This document shows positions 18,097 to 28,254 of a stretch of DNA of 64,000 nucleotides, one piece after another. The position numbers were made by a program, and so were the translations under genes. Within the stretch, counting starts at the first letter, position 1. The number at the start of each line of letters is the position of its first letter. Source of the DNA: Bdellovibrionota bacterium (GTDB lineage: Bacteria > Bdellovibrionota > UBA2428); contig CAXNGS010000005.1 of the NCBI GenBank assembly GCA_964202055.1, positions 14,978 to 78,977 on the forward strand, in the 5' to 3' direction. The notes beneath the pieces were generated by a model. It was not told where the DNA came from. It saw only the letters and a list, made by a program, of their open reading frames with translations, and did not search any database.

Positions 18097-18233
18097 AGCT
18101 GTCTGTATTGATTTTGTAATATCAAATTATGACCGCCTCGTGGGGCCCGAAATAAGACTCAAAGCTAATTTGAAACACAAATTTGCGACCGCCTGAAACT
18201 CCGTGATGCGACCGCGCAGCGGCGCCAAATGAA

Positions 18234-18310
18234 TGGTAGTCCTTGTCCGGCTCGAACGGACGACCCCCTCCTTGTAAGGGAGGTGCTCTAACCAACTGAG
18301 CTAAAGGACT
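18234..18310 (-). tRNA. tRNA-Val (anticodon TAC)
   Basis: The reverse complement folds as a cloverleaf: AGTCCTT TA GCTC AGTTGGTTA GAGC A CCTCC CTTACAA GGAGG GGGTC GTCCG TTCGAGC CGGAC AAGGACT A CCA. This gives a 7-bp acceptor stem, T-loop GTTCGAG and anticodon loop CTTACAA. Confidence 0.9.
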
Positions 18311-18407
18311 ACGCTGTTGTTGGCAACGGGATGTCTTATCCCGAATTTGGCCGATTTCGTCAAGGGCCTTGGAGGCCCCCTGATCATGATTTTAAGCCCG
18401 GCTTAGC

Positions 18408-18698
18408 CTAACTTGCGCTTTTGGTGCAAGACGACGACGAGCAGCACTGATGGGCCTGAAGCACTCCCAAAGTCAGCGTCGAAATGATCGCCATCGTCCA
18501 AGCCTGGCAACTTGCGGCCTTGGTCAGGTATTCACGCAACGGGCCCGAAGCTGAATCTTTGAGACCGGCTAAATCAAATTCCAAATCAAAGGAATCAAAA
18601 AGCCCCTTGGTGTGCGAGTAATAAAAATAGCAAATGATGTAAATCACTAGCAGGGCAATTGTTGGAATCCATTTCGTGCATTTCTTTAGCTGGTTCAT
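18408..18698 (-). CDS. Small hypothetical membrane protein (uncertain)
   Basis: This 96-aa ORF between lon and tRNA-Val has one N-terminal TM segment and a Cys/Ser-rich tail. It may be spurious. Confidence 0.25.
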   Translation of the reverse strand: MNQLKKCTKWIPTIALLVIYIICYFYYSHTKGLFDSFDLEFDLAGLKDSASGPLREYLTKAASCQAWTMAIISTLTLGVLQAHQCCSSSSCTKSAS

Positions 18699-18728
18699 GA
18701 TGCAATCTCTTTTCTATTCAAAAATTTT

Positions 18729-21272
18729 TCAGTGAGTAGGGCTTCGCGGAGTCTTTGTGGCTCCCGGAGTCGGACGATCAATGTCGACCATCACCGCACC
18801 GGCCTCATCGCGAAGCTTCGCCAAGATTTCAACCAACGGATCATCATCGGCTAAAACCAAAGCCGCTCTTAAAATTTGATCGGCATGGCGAACCGGTACG
18901 ATTTTCATTTTAGCCAAAATTTCTTTGGGCACATCGTAAAGGTCCTTCATGTTTTCATCGGGAATCATCACGGTCGTCATTCCCGCGCGCTGGGCTGCTA
19001 AAAGTTTTTCTTTTAAGCCACCAATCGGCAAGACGTGGCCACGAAGGGTGATTTCGCCAGTCATCGCCAAGTCTCGGCGAACCGGTCGATTGGTCAACGC
19101 CGATGCCAACGAAGTTGCAATGGTGATGCCGGCGCTGGGGCCATCTTTTGGCGTGGCGCCTTCGGGCACGTGGATGTGTAAATCAATGCGGTTGTAGAAA
19201 TCCTTGGGAAGCCCGAGTTGATTGGCTCTTGATCGAATGTACGAATAAGCCGCGTGCGCTGATTCTTGCATGACGTCACCCAATTTTCCGGTGATGCGCA
19301 TCGCGCCCTTGCCGGGCAGCACACTGACTTCGATGTTTAGCAAATCGCCGCCCACTTCGGTCCAAGCCAATCCATTGGTCATCCCAATTTGATCGTCTTG
19401 TTCCATGGTGCCGTATTTGTAGCGACGAGGTCCCAATAAATCTTCGATTTCTTTTTCGGAAACGTGAAAGGGCGCAAGCTTTGGCGTTTCCACAACTTTG
19501 CGCGCGGTTTTTCGACAAAGATTAGCGATTTCACGAGACACGTTTCGAACCCCGGCTTCACGCGAATAGTATCGAATCAATTCCACGATGGCCGAGTCTT
19601 CCATCACCGCTTGATCTTCCGTCAACCCGTGTTCTTTGAGCTGGCGCGGAACCAAGTGGCGCTTTGCGATTTCAATTTTTTCGGTCTCCAAATAACTGGG
19701 GACGAAAATGATTTCCATACGGTCGATCAAAGGCTGCGGAATTCCTGAGAACGAATTTGCAGTCGCAATGAAAAGCACCCCAGAAATATCGAAATCAACT
19801 TCCATATAGTGATCGTTGAAGGTCGCGTTTTGAACCGGGTCCAAAACTTCGAGCATCGCGCTGGCAGGATCGCCGCGGAAATCGTTGCCCATTTTATCTA
19901 GCTCATCGAGCAAAATGACGGGGTTTTTAGTTCCGGATTTTTTAATCGCTTGAATGATCTTTCCAGGCATTGCGCCGATGTAAGTCCGGCGATGGCCACG
20001 AATTTCGGCTTCGTCACGCAATCCGCCCAAGGCAATGCGCGCGAACTTACGCTCCATAGCATCGGCGATTGAAGTGGCTAGCGAAGATTTGCCAACGCCC
20101 GGAGGTCCGATGAAACAAAGGATTGGGCCCTTGAGGCTTTTGTTCAGATTTTGAACGGCCAAATACTCGATGATGCGATCTTTGATTTTTTCCAAACCAA
20201 AATGATCGCGATCCAATACTTTCTTGGCATGTTTCAAGTCAAGATTGTCTTCCGTGGTGTTTTCCCACGGCAAATCTATCAACCATTCTAAATAATTTCG
20301 AATCACGGTGGCTTCGGCCGAAATCGGGGCCATCATTTTCAGCTTGCGCATTTCGGCTTCGGCTTTTTCCATAGCCTCGGTGCTGAGCTTTGATTCCTTG
20401 ATTCGCGTTTCTAGCTCTTGAATTTCGCTCTTGAATTCGTCGCGCTCGCCCAATTCTTTTTGAATCGCGGCCATTTGCTCGTTCAAGTAATATTCTTTTT
20501 GGCTCTTCTCCATTTGCTTGCGAACGCGGCCACGGATGCGGCGTTCGATCTGAAGAATTTCAATTTCGCTTTGAACCAGCGTTACTAACTTTTCAATACG
20601 AGCAATGGGCTCGGCTAATTCCAAAAGCAATTGTTTATCGGCCAATTTTAAATTCAAGTGCGGAATCACGCTGTCGGCCATCGCCGATGGCTCCGACATT
20701 GCCTGCACAGTTACTAAAACTTCGGCAGGGATTCGCTTGTTCAAACGAACGTAACTTTCGAAAGCTTTGAAAAGCGTGCGCATCAAAGCGTGGGCTTCGG
20801 CCTCGTCACGAGGTTTTTCATCAAGCTCCGATGCCGAGACCATAAAGTAATCGTCTTTTTTACCGGCCTGATCTTCCGATCGTTTGGCACGCGCACGACC
20901 CTCGACCAAAACCTTTAAAGTTCCGTCGGGAAGTTTCACTAATTGCAAAATAGAAGCAAGCGTTCCCACCACGAAGAGGTCGGCCATTTCGGGCTCATTG
21001 ATAGCCGAATCTTTTTGGCTGCACAGAAAGATTTCTGTTTTATTCGCCATCGAAGCCTCAAGTGCGTTGATCGATTTTTCACGACCCACGAAAAAGGGCA
21101 CCACCATCTGCGGAAAAATCACAATGTCACGCAGCGGAAGCAAGGGAACGACTTGGCTTAGCTTCGGAGAGTCGTCTCCGGCAGGGGCCGCAACTTTGCT
21201 TTTCTTTTTCTTAGGAGCCTTGGTTTTTTTATCGCTCATGATTCTATTTTGTGCCGAAAAAGCTTTGGGCAC
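18729..21272 (-). CDS. lon: ATP-dependent Lon protease
   Basis: The N-domain reads [13 protein letters not shown], the AAA+ Walker A reads GPPGVGKSS, and the S16 protease domain reads [19 protein letters not shown]. The true start may be the Met at 21239 (MSDKK). Confidence 0.95.
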   Translation of the reverse strand: MPKAFSAQNRIMSDKKTKAPKKKKSKVAAPAGDDSPKLSQVVPLLPLRDIVIFPQMVVPFFVGREKSINALEASMANKTEIFLCSQKDSAINEPEMADLFVVGTLASILQLVKLPDGTLKVLVEGRARAKRSEDQAGKKDDYFMVSASELDEKPRDEAEAHALMRTLFKAFESYVRLNKRIPAEVLVTVQAMSEPSAMADSVIPHLNLKLADKQLLLELAEPIARIEKLVTLVQSEIEILQIERRIRGRVRKQMEKSQKEYYLNEQMAAIQKELGERDEFKSEIQELETRIKESKLSTEAMEKAEAEMRKLKMMAPISAEATVIRNYLEWLIDLPWENTTEDNLDLKHAKKVLDRDHFGLEKIKDRIIEYLAVQNLNKSLKGPILCFIGPPGVGKSSLATSIADAMERKFARIALGGLRDEAEIRGHRRTYIGAMPGKIIQAIKKSGTKNPVILLDELDKMGNDFRGDPASAMLEVLDPVQNATFNDHYMEVDFDISGVLFIATANSFSGIPQPLIDRMEIIFVPSYLETEKIEIAKRHLVPRQLKEHGLTEDQAVMEDSAIVELIRYYSREAGVRNVSREIANLCRKTARKVVETPKLAPFHVSEKEIEDLLGPRRYKYGTMEQDDQIGMTNGLAWTEVGGDLLNIEVSVLPGKGAMRITGKLGDVMQESAHAAYSYIRSRANQLGLPKDFYNRIDLHIHVPEGATPKDGPSAGITIATSLASALTNRPVRRDLAMTGEITLRGHVLPIGGLKEKLLAAQRAGMTTVMIPDENMKDLYDVPKEILAKMKIVPVRHADQILRAALVLADDDPLVEILAKLRDEAGAVMVDIDRPTPGATKTPRSPTH

Positions 21273-21397
21273 AAGCGATCGATGACTTCAGATTCATAAT
21301 TTAAGTCTTGATTTCGTTTTTTTGATTCAAGCCTGAAAAATCAGCGCGCAAAGGGCTTAATACACAGACACTTCATTTTAAAAAAAGGTTAAAAGAA

Positions 21398-21997
21398 TTA
21401 GCGCACAGCCTCAAATTCAAGATTTACCTGAATGGGAACTTCATCACTCACGGGAATGGCCAAAAGTGCAGGGCGCTTGACCGAGAAATCGCTAAGCTTG
21501 ATCGTGAAATGCCCAGAAATGACAAGCTGTTCTGGGCTGCCTAGTTTAGCGATCAATTCTCCATCTGCGCTTTTATAGGTATGCGTTTTTCCTGCAAAGC
21601 TTACGTCAAGGTTGAAAGCTTTTTGTGCGGGAAAATCCGATGAAGTCACCACGCGGACTGTGACAATCGGATTCACCGCAGCACTGATGATTTCATACAT
21701 ATGCTGATCGCGATTTCCATTGTCGGTTGAAAAACTAAGAGCCGGAACGCCGATTAAAAATTCACAGCTTTTAGCATCACAAACGGCCTTGCCCTTTGCG
21801 CTTTTACTAACGCCTTCCAAATTATGAGTCAGATGACTAACTGCAAATTTAATTTCTGAGCTTTTAATTTTCCATTGCTGGACGGCGGGCGCCGCCTTAA
21901 CGGCAACTTTTGCGAAAGCTGGCGAAGTTCCAATAACGAGTAAAACTAATATCTGGAACAAATTATTTAAACTAATTTTCTTCTTCATGTTTTTCAT
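21398..21997 (-). CDS. YceI-like periplasmic protein
   Basis: It has a signal peptide and a YceI-like beta-barrel pattern (IKFAVSHLTHNLEGVSKS...). Confidence 0.55.
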   Translation of the reverse strand: MKNMKKKISLNNLFQILVLLVIGTSPAFAKVAVKAAPAVQQWKIKSSEIKFAVSHLTHNLEGVSKSAKGKAVCDAKSCEFLIGVPALSFSTDNGNRDQHMYEIISAAVNPIVTVRVVTSSDFPAQKAFNLDVSFAGKTHTYKSADGELIAKLGSPEQLVISGHFTIKLSDFSVKRPALLAIPVSDEVPIQVNLEFEAVR

Positions 21998-22006
21998 GCT
22001 CGTATC

Positions 22007-22621
22007 CTAAAAATTAATGGTCACGACCAAAGCAGCGGCACCAAACGATAACATTGCCGTCGTTGCCAATGCGCCCTTAGCCGCGCCCAAACCTTTGGGC
22101 TCACGTCCTTTTTTCATGGCATTTTGCGCCAGCAAACCCGCAATCGGAGTCAAGATCATCGCCGGAATGTGCACGTAAATTAATGATTTGTGAATTTTCA
22201 TGCTCCATGAAGTTTTTGAATCATCGTTAATGGGCACAGGAGCCATCAAACTAAAATAAGCGGTCGTGAAATAACTAATGCCGGTGGCAATCCCCAAACT
22301 TCGGTGGGCCACCGAGGCCAAGCCGTCGTCAGGCGCAGTCAGCGCTGTCGCAGCCATCAAAACCGCGGTTGTGATTCCCAAAATTTGGTGAGTTTGTAAC
22401 ATCGAAGAACGTTTTCCCAAATCCGCCTGTAAACGACTATCAACCTTCAATGCGGAGTTTTCAAAACCCAAATCTTCAATTTTTAAATTGAGTTTGGTAC
22501 TGGGAATCGCCGGCTTCGAGTCAACGGATGGCGGCGCTTGAGTCACTTTAGTTTCCGCAGCAATTGCCACCGAAGAAAACGTAGCTGTTAAAGCCAAAAA
22601 AAATTGAAGAACTTGTTTCAT
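22007..22621 (-). CDS. Hypothetical membrane protein (signal peptide plus about 4 TM)
   Basis: Hydrophobic helices are visible and no family was recognised. Confidence 0.45.
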   Translation of the reverse strand: MKQVLQFFLALTATFSSVAIAAETKVTQAPPSVDSKPAIPSTKLNLKIEDLGFENSALKVDSRLQADLGKRSSMLQTHQILGITTAVLMAATALTAPDDGLASVAHRSLGIATGISYFTTAYFSLMAPVPINDDSKTSWSMKIHKSLIYVHIPAMILTPIAGLLAQNAMKKGREPKGLGAAKGALATTAMLSFGAAALVVTINF

Positions 22622-22699
22622 AGGCCGAGCATTATCCCGCGCGCAAATTCAAACAAGTGATCCATTAAATTTTTAGGTCAAATCAAAAGAACAAAAGCC

Positions 22700-23980
22700 T
22701 TATGCTGATGCTTTTTCTTTTTTGCTGGGTACTTTTTCAGCCGGTGTTCCGGTTTCCAATTCCAAAATCGGAGTGGTGCCCTTGGCAATGGTCTCTTCGG
22801 TGATCACGCACTTGCGCACGCCGGTCATCGAAGGAATGTCGTACATCAAATCAAGCATGGCTTTTTCCAAAATGGATCGCAGTCCCCGTGCTCCAGTTTT
22901 TTGTTCCAAAGCTTTTTTAGCCACCGCACGCAGTGCCGCATCTTCAAAGCTAAGGTCCACGCCTTCCATTGAAAACATTTTCTTGTACTGCTTGGTGATC
23001 GCGTTTTTTGGCTTGGTGAGAATTTCCATCAACGCCTGTTCATCCAATTGGCCAAGAGTTGCGATCATCGGCAAACGACCCAAAAACTCTGGGATCATGC
23101 CGAATTTCACTAAATCTTCAGTTTGTAATAATTTTCCGATGACGTCGCCCTCGGTGGTTTTCTTGCGTGAATCCTGAATCGTGCCGCCGATGCCGACTGT
23201 GCGAGCCTCGGTACGCTCAGAGATGTAACGCTCAAGACCCACGAACGCGCCACCACAAATGAACAAGATGTTTGTGGTGTCTACCTGTATGTATTCTTGT
23301 TGCGGGTGCTTACGGCCACCCTTTGGTGGAACGTTAGCGCGCGTGCCTTCGATGATTTTCAGCAAAGCTTGTTGCACGCCTTCGCCGGAAACGTCTCGAG
23401 TGATCGAGGGGTTTTCGGATTTACGGGCGATCTTGTCGATTTCGTCGACATAGACAATTCCGCGCTGGGCTTTTTCGACATCCCAATCGGCGGCTTGCAA
23501 AAGATTCAAAATAATATTTTCAACGTCTTCACCAACGTAACCGGCTTCGGTCAAGGAAGTCGCGTCAGCAATCGCGAAGGGGACTTTCAAAAGTCGCGCT
23601 AAAGTTTGAGCCAACAAAGTTTTTCCCGAACCAGTTGGTCCGATCAAAAGAATGTTGGTTTTTTGAATTTCCACATCATCGGGACGCGATGATTTCGGCT
23701 GCATGATTCGCTTGTAATGATTGTGAACGGCAACCGATAAAACTTTTTTCGCGGTCTCTTGGCCGATGATGTACTCGTCCAAAGTTGCTTTCAACTCATG
23801 TGGTTTTGGCAACGCGGTCAACCCGGTTTTTACGTCTTGCTTTGAAGCTTCTTCAGCAATGATTTCGCTGCACAGCCCAGTGCATTCATCACAGATGAAC
23901 ACAGCCGGCCCCGCGATCAGCTTTTTCACTTCACGTTGGCTTTTTCCACAAAATGAACAATACAGTTCTTTTACTGACAT
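22700..23980 (-). CDS. clpX: ATP-dependent Clp protease ATP-binding subunit ClpX
   Basis: The N-terminal zinc finger reads [26 protein letters not shown], Walker A reads GPTGSGKT, and Walker B reads [10 protein letters not shown]. Confidence 0.95.
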   Translation of the reverse strand: MSVKELYCSFCGKSQREVKKLIAGPAVFICDECTGLCSEIIAEEASKQDVKTGLTALPKPHELKATLDEYIIGQETAKKVLSVAVHNHYKRIMQPKSSRPDDVEIQKTNILLIGPTGSGKTLLAQTLARLLKVPFAIADATSLTEAGYVGEDVENIILNLLQAADWDVEKAQRGIVYVDEIDKIARKSENPSITRDVSGEGVQQALLKIIEGTRANVPPKGGRKHPQQEYIQVDTTNILFICGGAFVGLERYISERTEARTVGIGGTIQDSRKKTTEGDVIGKLLQTEDLVKFGMIPEFLGRLPMIATLGQLDEQALMEILTKPKNAITKQYKKMFSMEGVDLSFEDAALRAVAKKALEQKTGARGLRSILEKAMLDLMYDIPSMTGVRKCVITEETIAKGTTPILELETGTPAEKVPSKKEKASA

Positions 23981-24000
23981 CCGTCCCCCATTGTACCCAA

Positions 24001-24615
24001 CTAGCCCGCTTTACGGCGAGAAATTACTTCGTCAATTAATCCATAGGCCAGCGCTTCATCGACCGACATAAAATTGTCACGATCCATATCGCGGTTGAGC
24101 TTTTCAATCGCTTGGCCGGTGTGAGTTTTATACATATCGGTCAAGCGAGCCTTAAGCCGCATAATATATTTTGCGTGAATCTCGATGTCTGAAGCTTGGC
24201 CCTGAGCCCCGCCCAAAGGTTGGTGAATCATGATTTGCGCGTTGGGCAGAGCAAATCGTTTTCCTTTAGTTCCAGCAGTCAAAAGCAAAGAGCCCATGCT
24301 GGCCGCCATACCGGTGCAAAGAGTCGAAACCGGGCAGGTCACGTATTGCATAATATCGTAAATCCCAAGACCGGCGCTCACGCTGCCGCCCGGGCTGTTG
24401 ATGTAAAGGTGAATTTCTTTATCGGGACTTTCCGATTCCAAAAATAAAAACTGAGCGATGATCGAATTCGCAACCGCGTCGTTTACTTGGGTGCCCAAAA
24501 AAACAATGCGGTCCTTTAACAAACGCGAATAGATATCGTATTGGCGTTCGCCACGAGGCGTGTTTTCAATGACCCAGGGAATATTGGCTACTACGTCTTC
24601 AAGTTTTGTTGTCAT
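24001..24615 (-). CDS. clpP: ATP-dependent Clp protease proteolytic subunit ClpP
   Basis: [16 protein letters not shown]...[15 protein letters not shown]...IMIHQPLGG gives the Ser-His-Asp triad context. The start is taken at MTTKLED; the supplied ORF extends 5' to 24666. Confidence 0.9.
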   Translation of the reverse strand: MTTKLEDVVANIPWVIENTPRGERQYDIYSRLLKDRIVFLGTQVNDAVANSIIAQFLFLESESPDKEIHLYINSPGGSVSAGLGIYDIMQYVTCPVSTLCTGMAASMGSLLLTAGTKGKRFALPNAQIMIHQPLGGAQGQASDIEIHAKYIMRLKARLTDMYKTHTGQAIEKLNRDMDRDNFMSVDEALAYGLIDEVISRRKAG

Positions 24616-24685
24616 CACAATCCTCTCTCGGTAGGGGAAAATCCCCCCACTAAGAAATGTTAACATTGGCTGTGACGACTAGGGC

Positions 24686-25972
24686 TTAATTTCTTTTAGA
24701 AATTAACCAATCCAACGTCTTCAGCTCCAGAACTTGTCGGACGAAACCGGGGATAAGATTACGCTCTTGCATGTCCTTAACGATATCTTGAGGATTCTTC
24801 CTCATATTGTTGGCCATTCGCGTTAATTCAGCTCGAATATCCTCGTCTTCAACCTTCAGGCTCTCTTTTTTAGCGATAGCGCCCAAGATTAAGGATGCGC
24901 GAACTTGTTTGTTCGCACGAGAGGTCATTTCATCAGACCACTCTTTTAAACGCTCTTCGATGGCCTTTTCGTCTAAGCCCATCTGTTGCAACTGCATGCC
25001 GGCTTCAATCGCAAGGTTTTGAACTTGCTGGTTGATCATGGTTTCCGGAGTGTCGATCGGATTTTTTTCGATCAAAAAATCGACAGCTTTTTCTTGGTTT
25101 TCGCGTTTTTCGGCTTCTTTCTTTTGAAGCTCGATCTCGGTCTTCACGCGATCTTTTAATTCGGCGAGGTCTTTAAAGGGCCCGGCTTGTTTAGCCAAAT
25201 CATCGGACAATTCCGGGACGACTTTTTTGAAGATTTCATGAACGGTCAATTCGAAGGTCACGGTTTTACCAGCCAAGTGTCCAACGGCCGCCGCTTCTTC
25301 AGAGTCGGGATTCGGAAATTTCACTTCAAAAGTTTTTTTATCGCCAGCCTTCAACCCAATCGCATTTTCTTCGAAGCCCGCAACAAATTGCTTGGCACCG
25401 GGTTCAACAAAAGCGCCGATAGCCGTAGCTTCGGGCAAGGGCGCGCCAGCTTCGGTCCCGGTGTAGTCACACTTAGCGACCAGGCCTTCGGCCAATGCTG
25501 CATCAGCCTCAGCTTTTTCAAGTTTGGTCATTTGGCGTTGCACGTTTTTTAATGAATTTTCAATTTCGTCATTGCTGATTTCCATCGATTTCACAACCGG
25601 TGTGAAGCTTTGATAATCGCTCAACTCAATAGTGGGCATGTTTTCAAAAGTTGCGGTGAACTTCAGCGGCGCGTTTTCGATGAAAGTCGAAATATTCACT
25701 TCGGGACTGGCGACGGGGTTCAAGGCTTTTTCTTCTAAAGCTTTGCGAAGATATTCTTCGATGATTTTTTGAGTCGCGCGCGGAGTTTCACTCGCGCCAT
25801 AAGCAGCCTTCACCATGTCGATGGGAGCTTTGCCCTTGCGAAACCCTTTAAGAGTGATTTCTTTTTGAATTTCACGAAAATGCGATTCAAGTCTTCCCAA
25901 AACGATTTCAGAGGGAACTTCAACGCTTAGTTTTTTGTAATGGCCATTAAGATTTTCTACATCAATTTTCAT
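24686..25972 (-). CDS. tig: Trigger factor
   Basis: The N-terminal ribosome-binding motif reads ...GFRKGKAPI, and an FKBP-type middle domain is present. Confidence 0.9.
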   Translation of the reverse strand: MKIDVENLNGHYKKLSVEVPSEIVLGRLESHFREIQKEITLKGFRKGKAPIDMVKAAYGASETPRATQKIIEEYLRKALEEKALNPVASPEVNISTFIENAPLKFTATFENMPTIELSDYQSFTPVVKSMEISNDEIENSLKNVQRQMTKLEKAEADAALAEGLVAKCDYTGTEAGAPLPEATAIGAFVEPGAKQFVAGFEENAIGLKAGDKKTFEVKFPNPDSEEAAAVGHLAGKTVTFELTVHEIFKKVVPELSDDLAKQAGPFKDLAELKDRVKTEIELQKKEAEKRENQEKAVDFLIEKNPIDTPETMINQQVQNLAIEAGMQLQQMGLDEKAIEERLKEWSDEMTSRANKQVRASLILGAIAKKESLKVEDEDIRAELTRMANNMRKNPQDIVKDMQERNLIPGFVRQVLELKTLDWLISKRN

Positions 25973-26643
25973 ACCGCGGTTTTATCCCGCGTTCGCCAGC
26001 CAAAATCAAGGAAAATGCCGGAAATTACGATGGCCAAAAGGCTGGCCCACTGCGAGGTCGTGAAAATCCAGAACTCTCCGCGACCCGGGTCTCCTCGAAA
26101 ATATTCCGCCCAAAAACGAAAAAGTCCGTATCCGTAAAAATAAGAGCTGAGCATTGGTCGCTTCAATCGGACACCCCGGGACCAAACCCACTGAAGAATG
26201 ACCCCACAAATGAGCGCAAATGTAATCTCTAAAGGAATGACCGGAAAATCGGGAACCCCAAAGCAACAATCCGCGACCAGGCACCCCATCCGACCAAGGG
26301 CATGGGCCAAAAACAAGCCCGGAACCGAAGCGTCTACCCACTTTTGACGACGACCTGCCGAAACCAACAGTGAGCCTCGGAAAGAATAAATAAAACCTAT
26401 ATAAACAAATAGATATCCCCCCAAAACCCCGCCCCAGAGCGCCGCTCCAGGGTCATGAATATTACGAGTCCCCAGGATTTGAAGCAGCCGAGCCCCCAAC
26501 AAGGCTCCGACACCCCCAAACAGCGCCACCGATAACCATTTGGTAAATTCCAAACGGCCTCGCGGATAGTCGTTTCGGATATTCCACCGCCAAAGAACTA
26601 AAAAAAGCAGGAAAGCAGAGGCGACCAATTCTTCATAGGTCAT
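25969..26643 (-). CDS. lgt: Prolipoprotein diacylglyceryl transferase
   Basis: The Lgt signature is LGRMGCLVADCCFGVP (G-R-x-G-C-x-x-x-G-C-C-(Y/F)-G). The protein is multi-TM, and its stop overlaps the tig start by 4 nt. Confidence 0.7.
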   Translation of the reverse strand: MTYEELVASAFLLFLVLWRWNIRNDYPRGRLEFTKWLSVALFGGVGALLGARLLQILGTRNIHDPGAALWGGVLGGYLFVYIGFIYSFRGSLLVSAGRRQKWVDASVPGLFLAHALGRMGCLVADCCFGVPDFPVIPLEITFALICGVILQWVWSRGVRLKRPMLSSYFYGYGLFRFWAEYFRGDPGRGEFWIFTTSQWASLLAIVISGIFLDFGWRTRDKTAV

Positions 26644-26649
26644 GCGAAA

Positions 26650-27192
26650 TTACGCCGCCTGAGTTTTTTTTGAGCTGCGATAAGAATCAATCAACAAAAG
26701 CACGATGGCCACGCAAATGGCCGAGTCTGCAATGTTAAAAACCGGCCAATGGCAGCGACCTTGGCTCATTGGATAAAAAAGTGGCAGGCAAGAATTTCCG
26801 AGCATCGGATAATGCCAATCAACCATGTCCACCACATAACCCAAGCGAACTCGATCGATGACGTTACCAATCGCGCCGCCCACGACTAAACCCACGGCAA
26901 TCGATTGCAAAACATCGTCTTTGGTGAATTTTCGAACCATGAAAAACCAAAGGCTGGTCAAAACAACGGCCGGCAGCACCAGTAAAAACGCAACGCGAAT
27001 TCCATCGGGCAGCCCACGGAACAAACCAAAAGCCACTCCATGATTGTAAACCAATGTGATATTGAACCAGCTCAGGATCGATTCACTTTGACCTTCTTGA
27101 AAAAAATTCTTAAGGGTTAGGTTTTTAGTCCATTGATCCACGGCCAAGACGGCCGCGGCAAACGAAGCAATGATTGCGTAAACTCGATCCAT
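26650..27192 (-). CDS. lspA: Lipoprotein signal peptidase II
   Basis: Motifs NHGVAFGLF and FNIADSAI are present across 4 TM helices. Confidence 0.8.
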   Translation of the reverse strand: MDRVYAIIASFAAAVLAVDQWTKNLTLKNFFQEGQSESILSWFNITLVYNHGVAFGLFRGLPDGIRVAFLLVLPAVVLTSLWFFMVRKFTKDDVLQSIAVGLVVGGAIGNVIDRVRLGYVVDMVDWHYPMLGNSCLPLFYPMSQGRCHWPVFNIADSAICVAIVLLLIDSYRSSKKTQAA

Positions 27193-27220
27193 GCAACAAA
27201 TCTACAGGGAGTGACTGGCT

Positions 27221-28219
27221 TTGACTAGACGAACGGAATCAAAGAATTCAAAGCCAGGGGCCAACGCGCCCAGCTCCCGATGGCTGCGACTGAAAACATT
27301 GCGAAGTGCTTTCATTGATTCACGCGAATCATTAACCAAAGATTATTGGCAAGACCAAGCGCTTTTGGAACTCTACGACGAAAGCTTAGGCCGACGCATT
27401 GCTTGGAAATGGCAAGCTGTGATGGACGAATTGAAACTGCGTGATCTTCTAACTCCGCTTTTAGAAAACGTGGACACCCTGGTCGACTGGGGCTGTGGCA
27501 CCGGAGTCGCGTCCGAAATGTTTCTAGGCAATGCCATGGAAACCCATCAGAAGCGCTGCAAGAACTTAGTGCTGCTCGATCGTTCCGCTTTGGCAACGGG
27601 CTTTGCTCATAAAAAATTAAGCGCGCTGGGTTTAAGCGAAAATTGTTTAGAATCTCAAAAATTCAATTCCGAGGGTCCGCGCACCGGACTTTTAATCAGC
27701 CACGTGATTAACGAAATGCCGGCGCCGGAAGTTTCCAAAATCATCAAAGCCGCCCAAATGTCGCGCTTTGTTTTATGGGTCGAGCCCGGCGCCCGCGAAC
27801 AAAGTCGCAAACTCTCCGAAGTGCGCGACGCGCTTTACTCTCATGGTTTTCACGCCTGGGCCCCCTGTCTCCACCAAAAAAAATGTCCGGGGCTCGCTGA
27901 CGGGCACGAAAACGATTGGTGCCATTCCTTTGCGGAATCTCCGCAAGAAATTCATCACTCGTCTTTTTGGAGCGAGTTTTCGCAGATGATGGGGATTGAT
28001 CTGCGCTCGAATCCTTATTCCTTTGTTTTGCTCTCGAAAGACCTGCCGCCGCCAAGCCCGCTGAAAGCCCGCGTTCTGCAACGGCCGCGCATTCTCAAAG
28101 CCCATGCCGAGGTCGAAGTTTGTCGGGTGGACGGCACCCTCGCGGTTGAAAAAGTCGAAAAACGCAGCCAGCCCGATCTTTATAAAACTTTGAAGAAAGA
28201 GCTGCCTTTTTGGCTCTAA
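27221..28219 (+). CDS. Rsm22-like SAM-dependent methyltransferase with C-terminal Cys cluster
   Basis: SAM motif I reads DWGCGTG, and C-terminal cysteines read WAPCLHQKKCP...DWCHS. Confidence 0.5.
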   Translation: MTRRTESKNSKPGANAPSSRWLRLKTLRSAFIDSRESLTKDYWQDQALLELYDESLGRRIAWKWQAVMDELKLRDLLTPLLENVDTLVDWGCGTGVASEMFLGNAMETHQKRCKNLVLLDRSALATGFAHKKLSALGLSENCLESQKFNSEGPRTGLLISHVINEMPAPEVSKIIKAAQMSRFVLWVEPGAREQSRKLSEVRDALYSHGFHAWAPCLHQKKCPGLADGHENDWCHSFAESPQEIHHSSFWSEFSQMMGIDLRSNPYSFVLLSKDLPPPSPLKARVLQRPRILKAHAEVEVCRVDGTLAVEKVEKRSQPDLYKTLKKELPFWL

Positions 28220-28254
28220 AAAAAGGCGCGGCTCTGTGCTAAAAGGGTTGCATC

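Noticed and set aside
17401-18174. 13-bp direct repeat aagctaatttgaa found after two different genes (17401 and 18162)
   Set aside because: For a 64-kb window, dozens of 13-mer coincidences are expected by chance, and the flanks share no extended similarity.
18097-18233. Repeated gcgaccgc/tgaccgcc words downstream of tRNA-Val, considered as a terminator or REP element
   Set aside because: No convincing stem-loop or U-tract could be drawn, so this is probably just the tRNA 3' trailer.
19094-19748. Several 60-94-aa ORFs on both strands inside lon
   Set aside because: They are all nested in the conserved Lon AAA+ domain coding sequence and have no ribosome-binding sites.
24616-24685. ggggaaaatcccc hairpin between tig and clpP
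   Set aside because: The stem is only 4-5 bp and there is no U-run. The supplied ClpP ORF would extend through it, but the conserved ClpP start (MTTKLED) is downstream, so it is simply intergenic.
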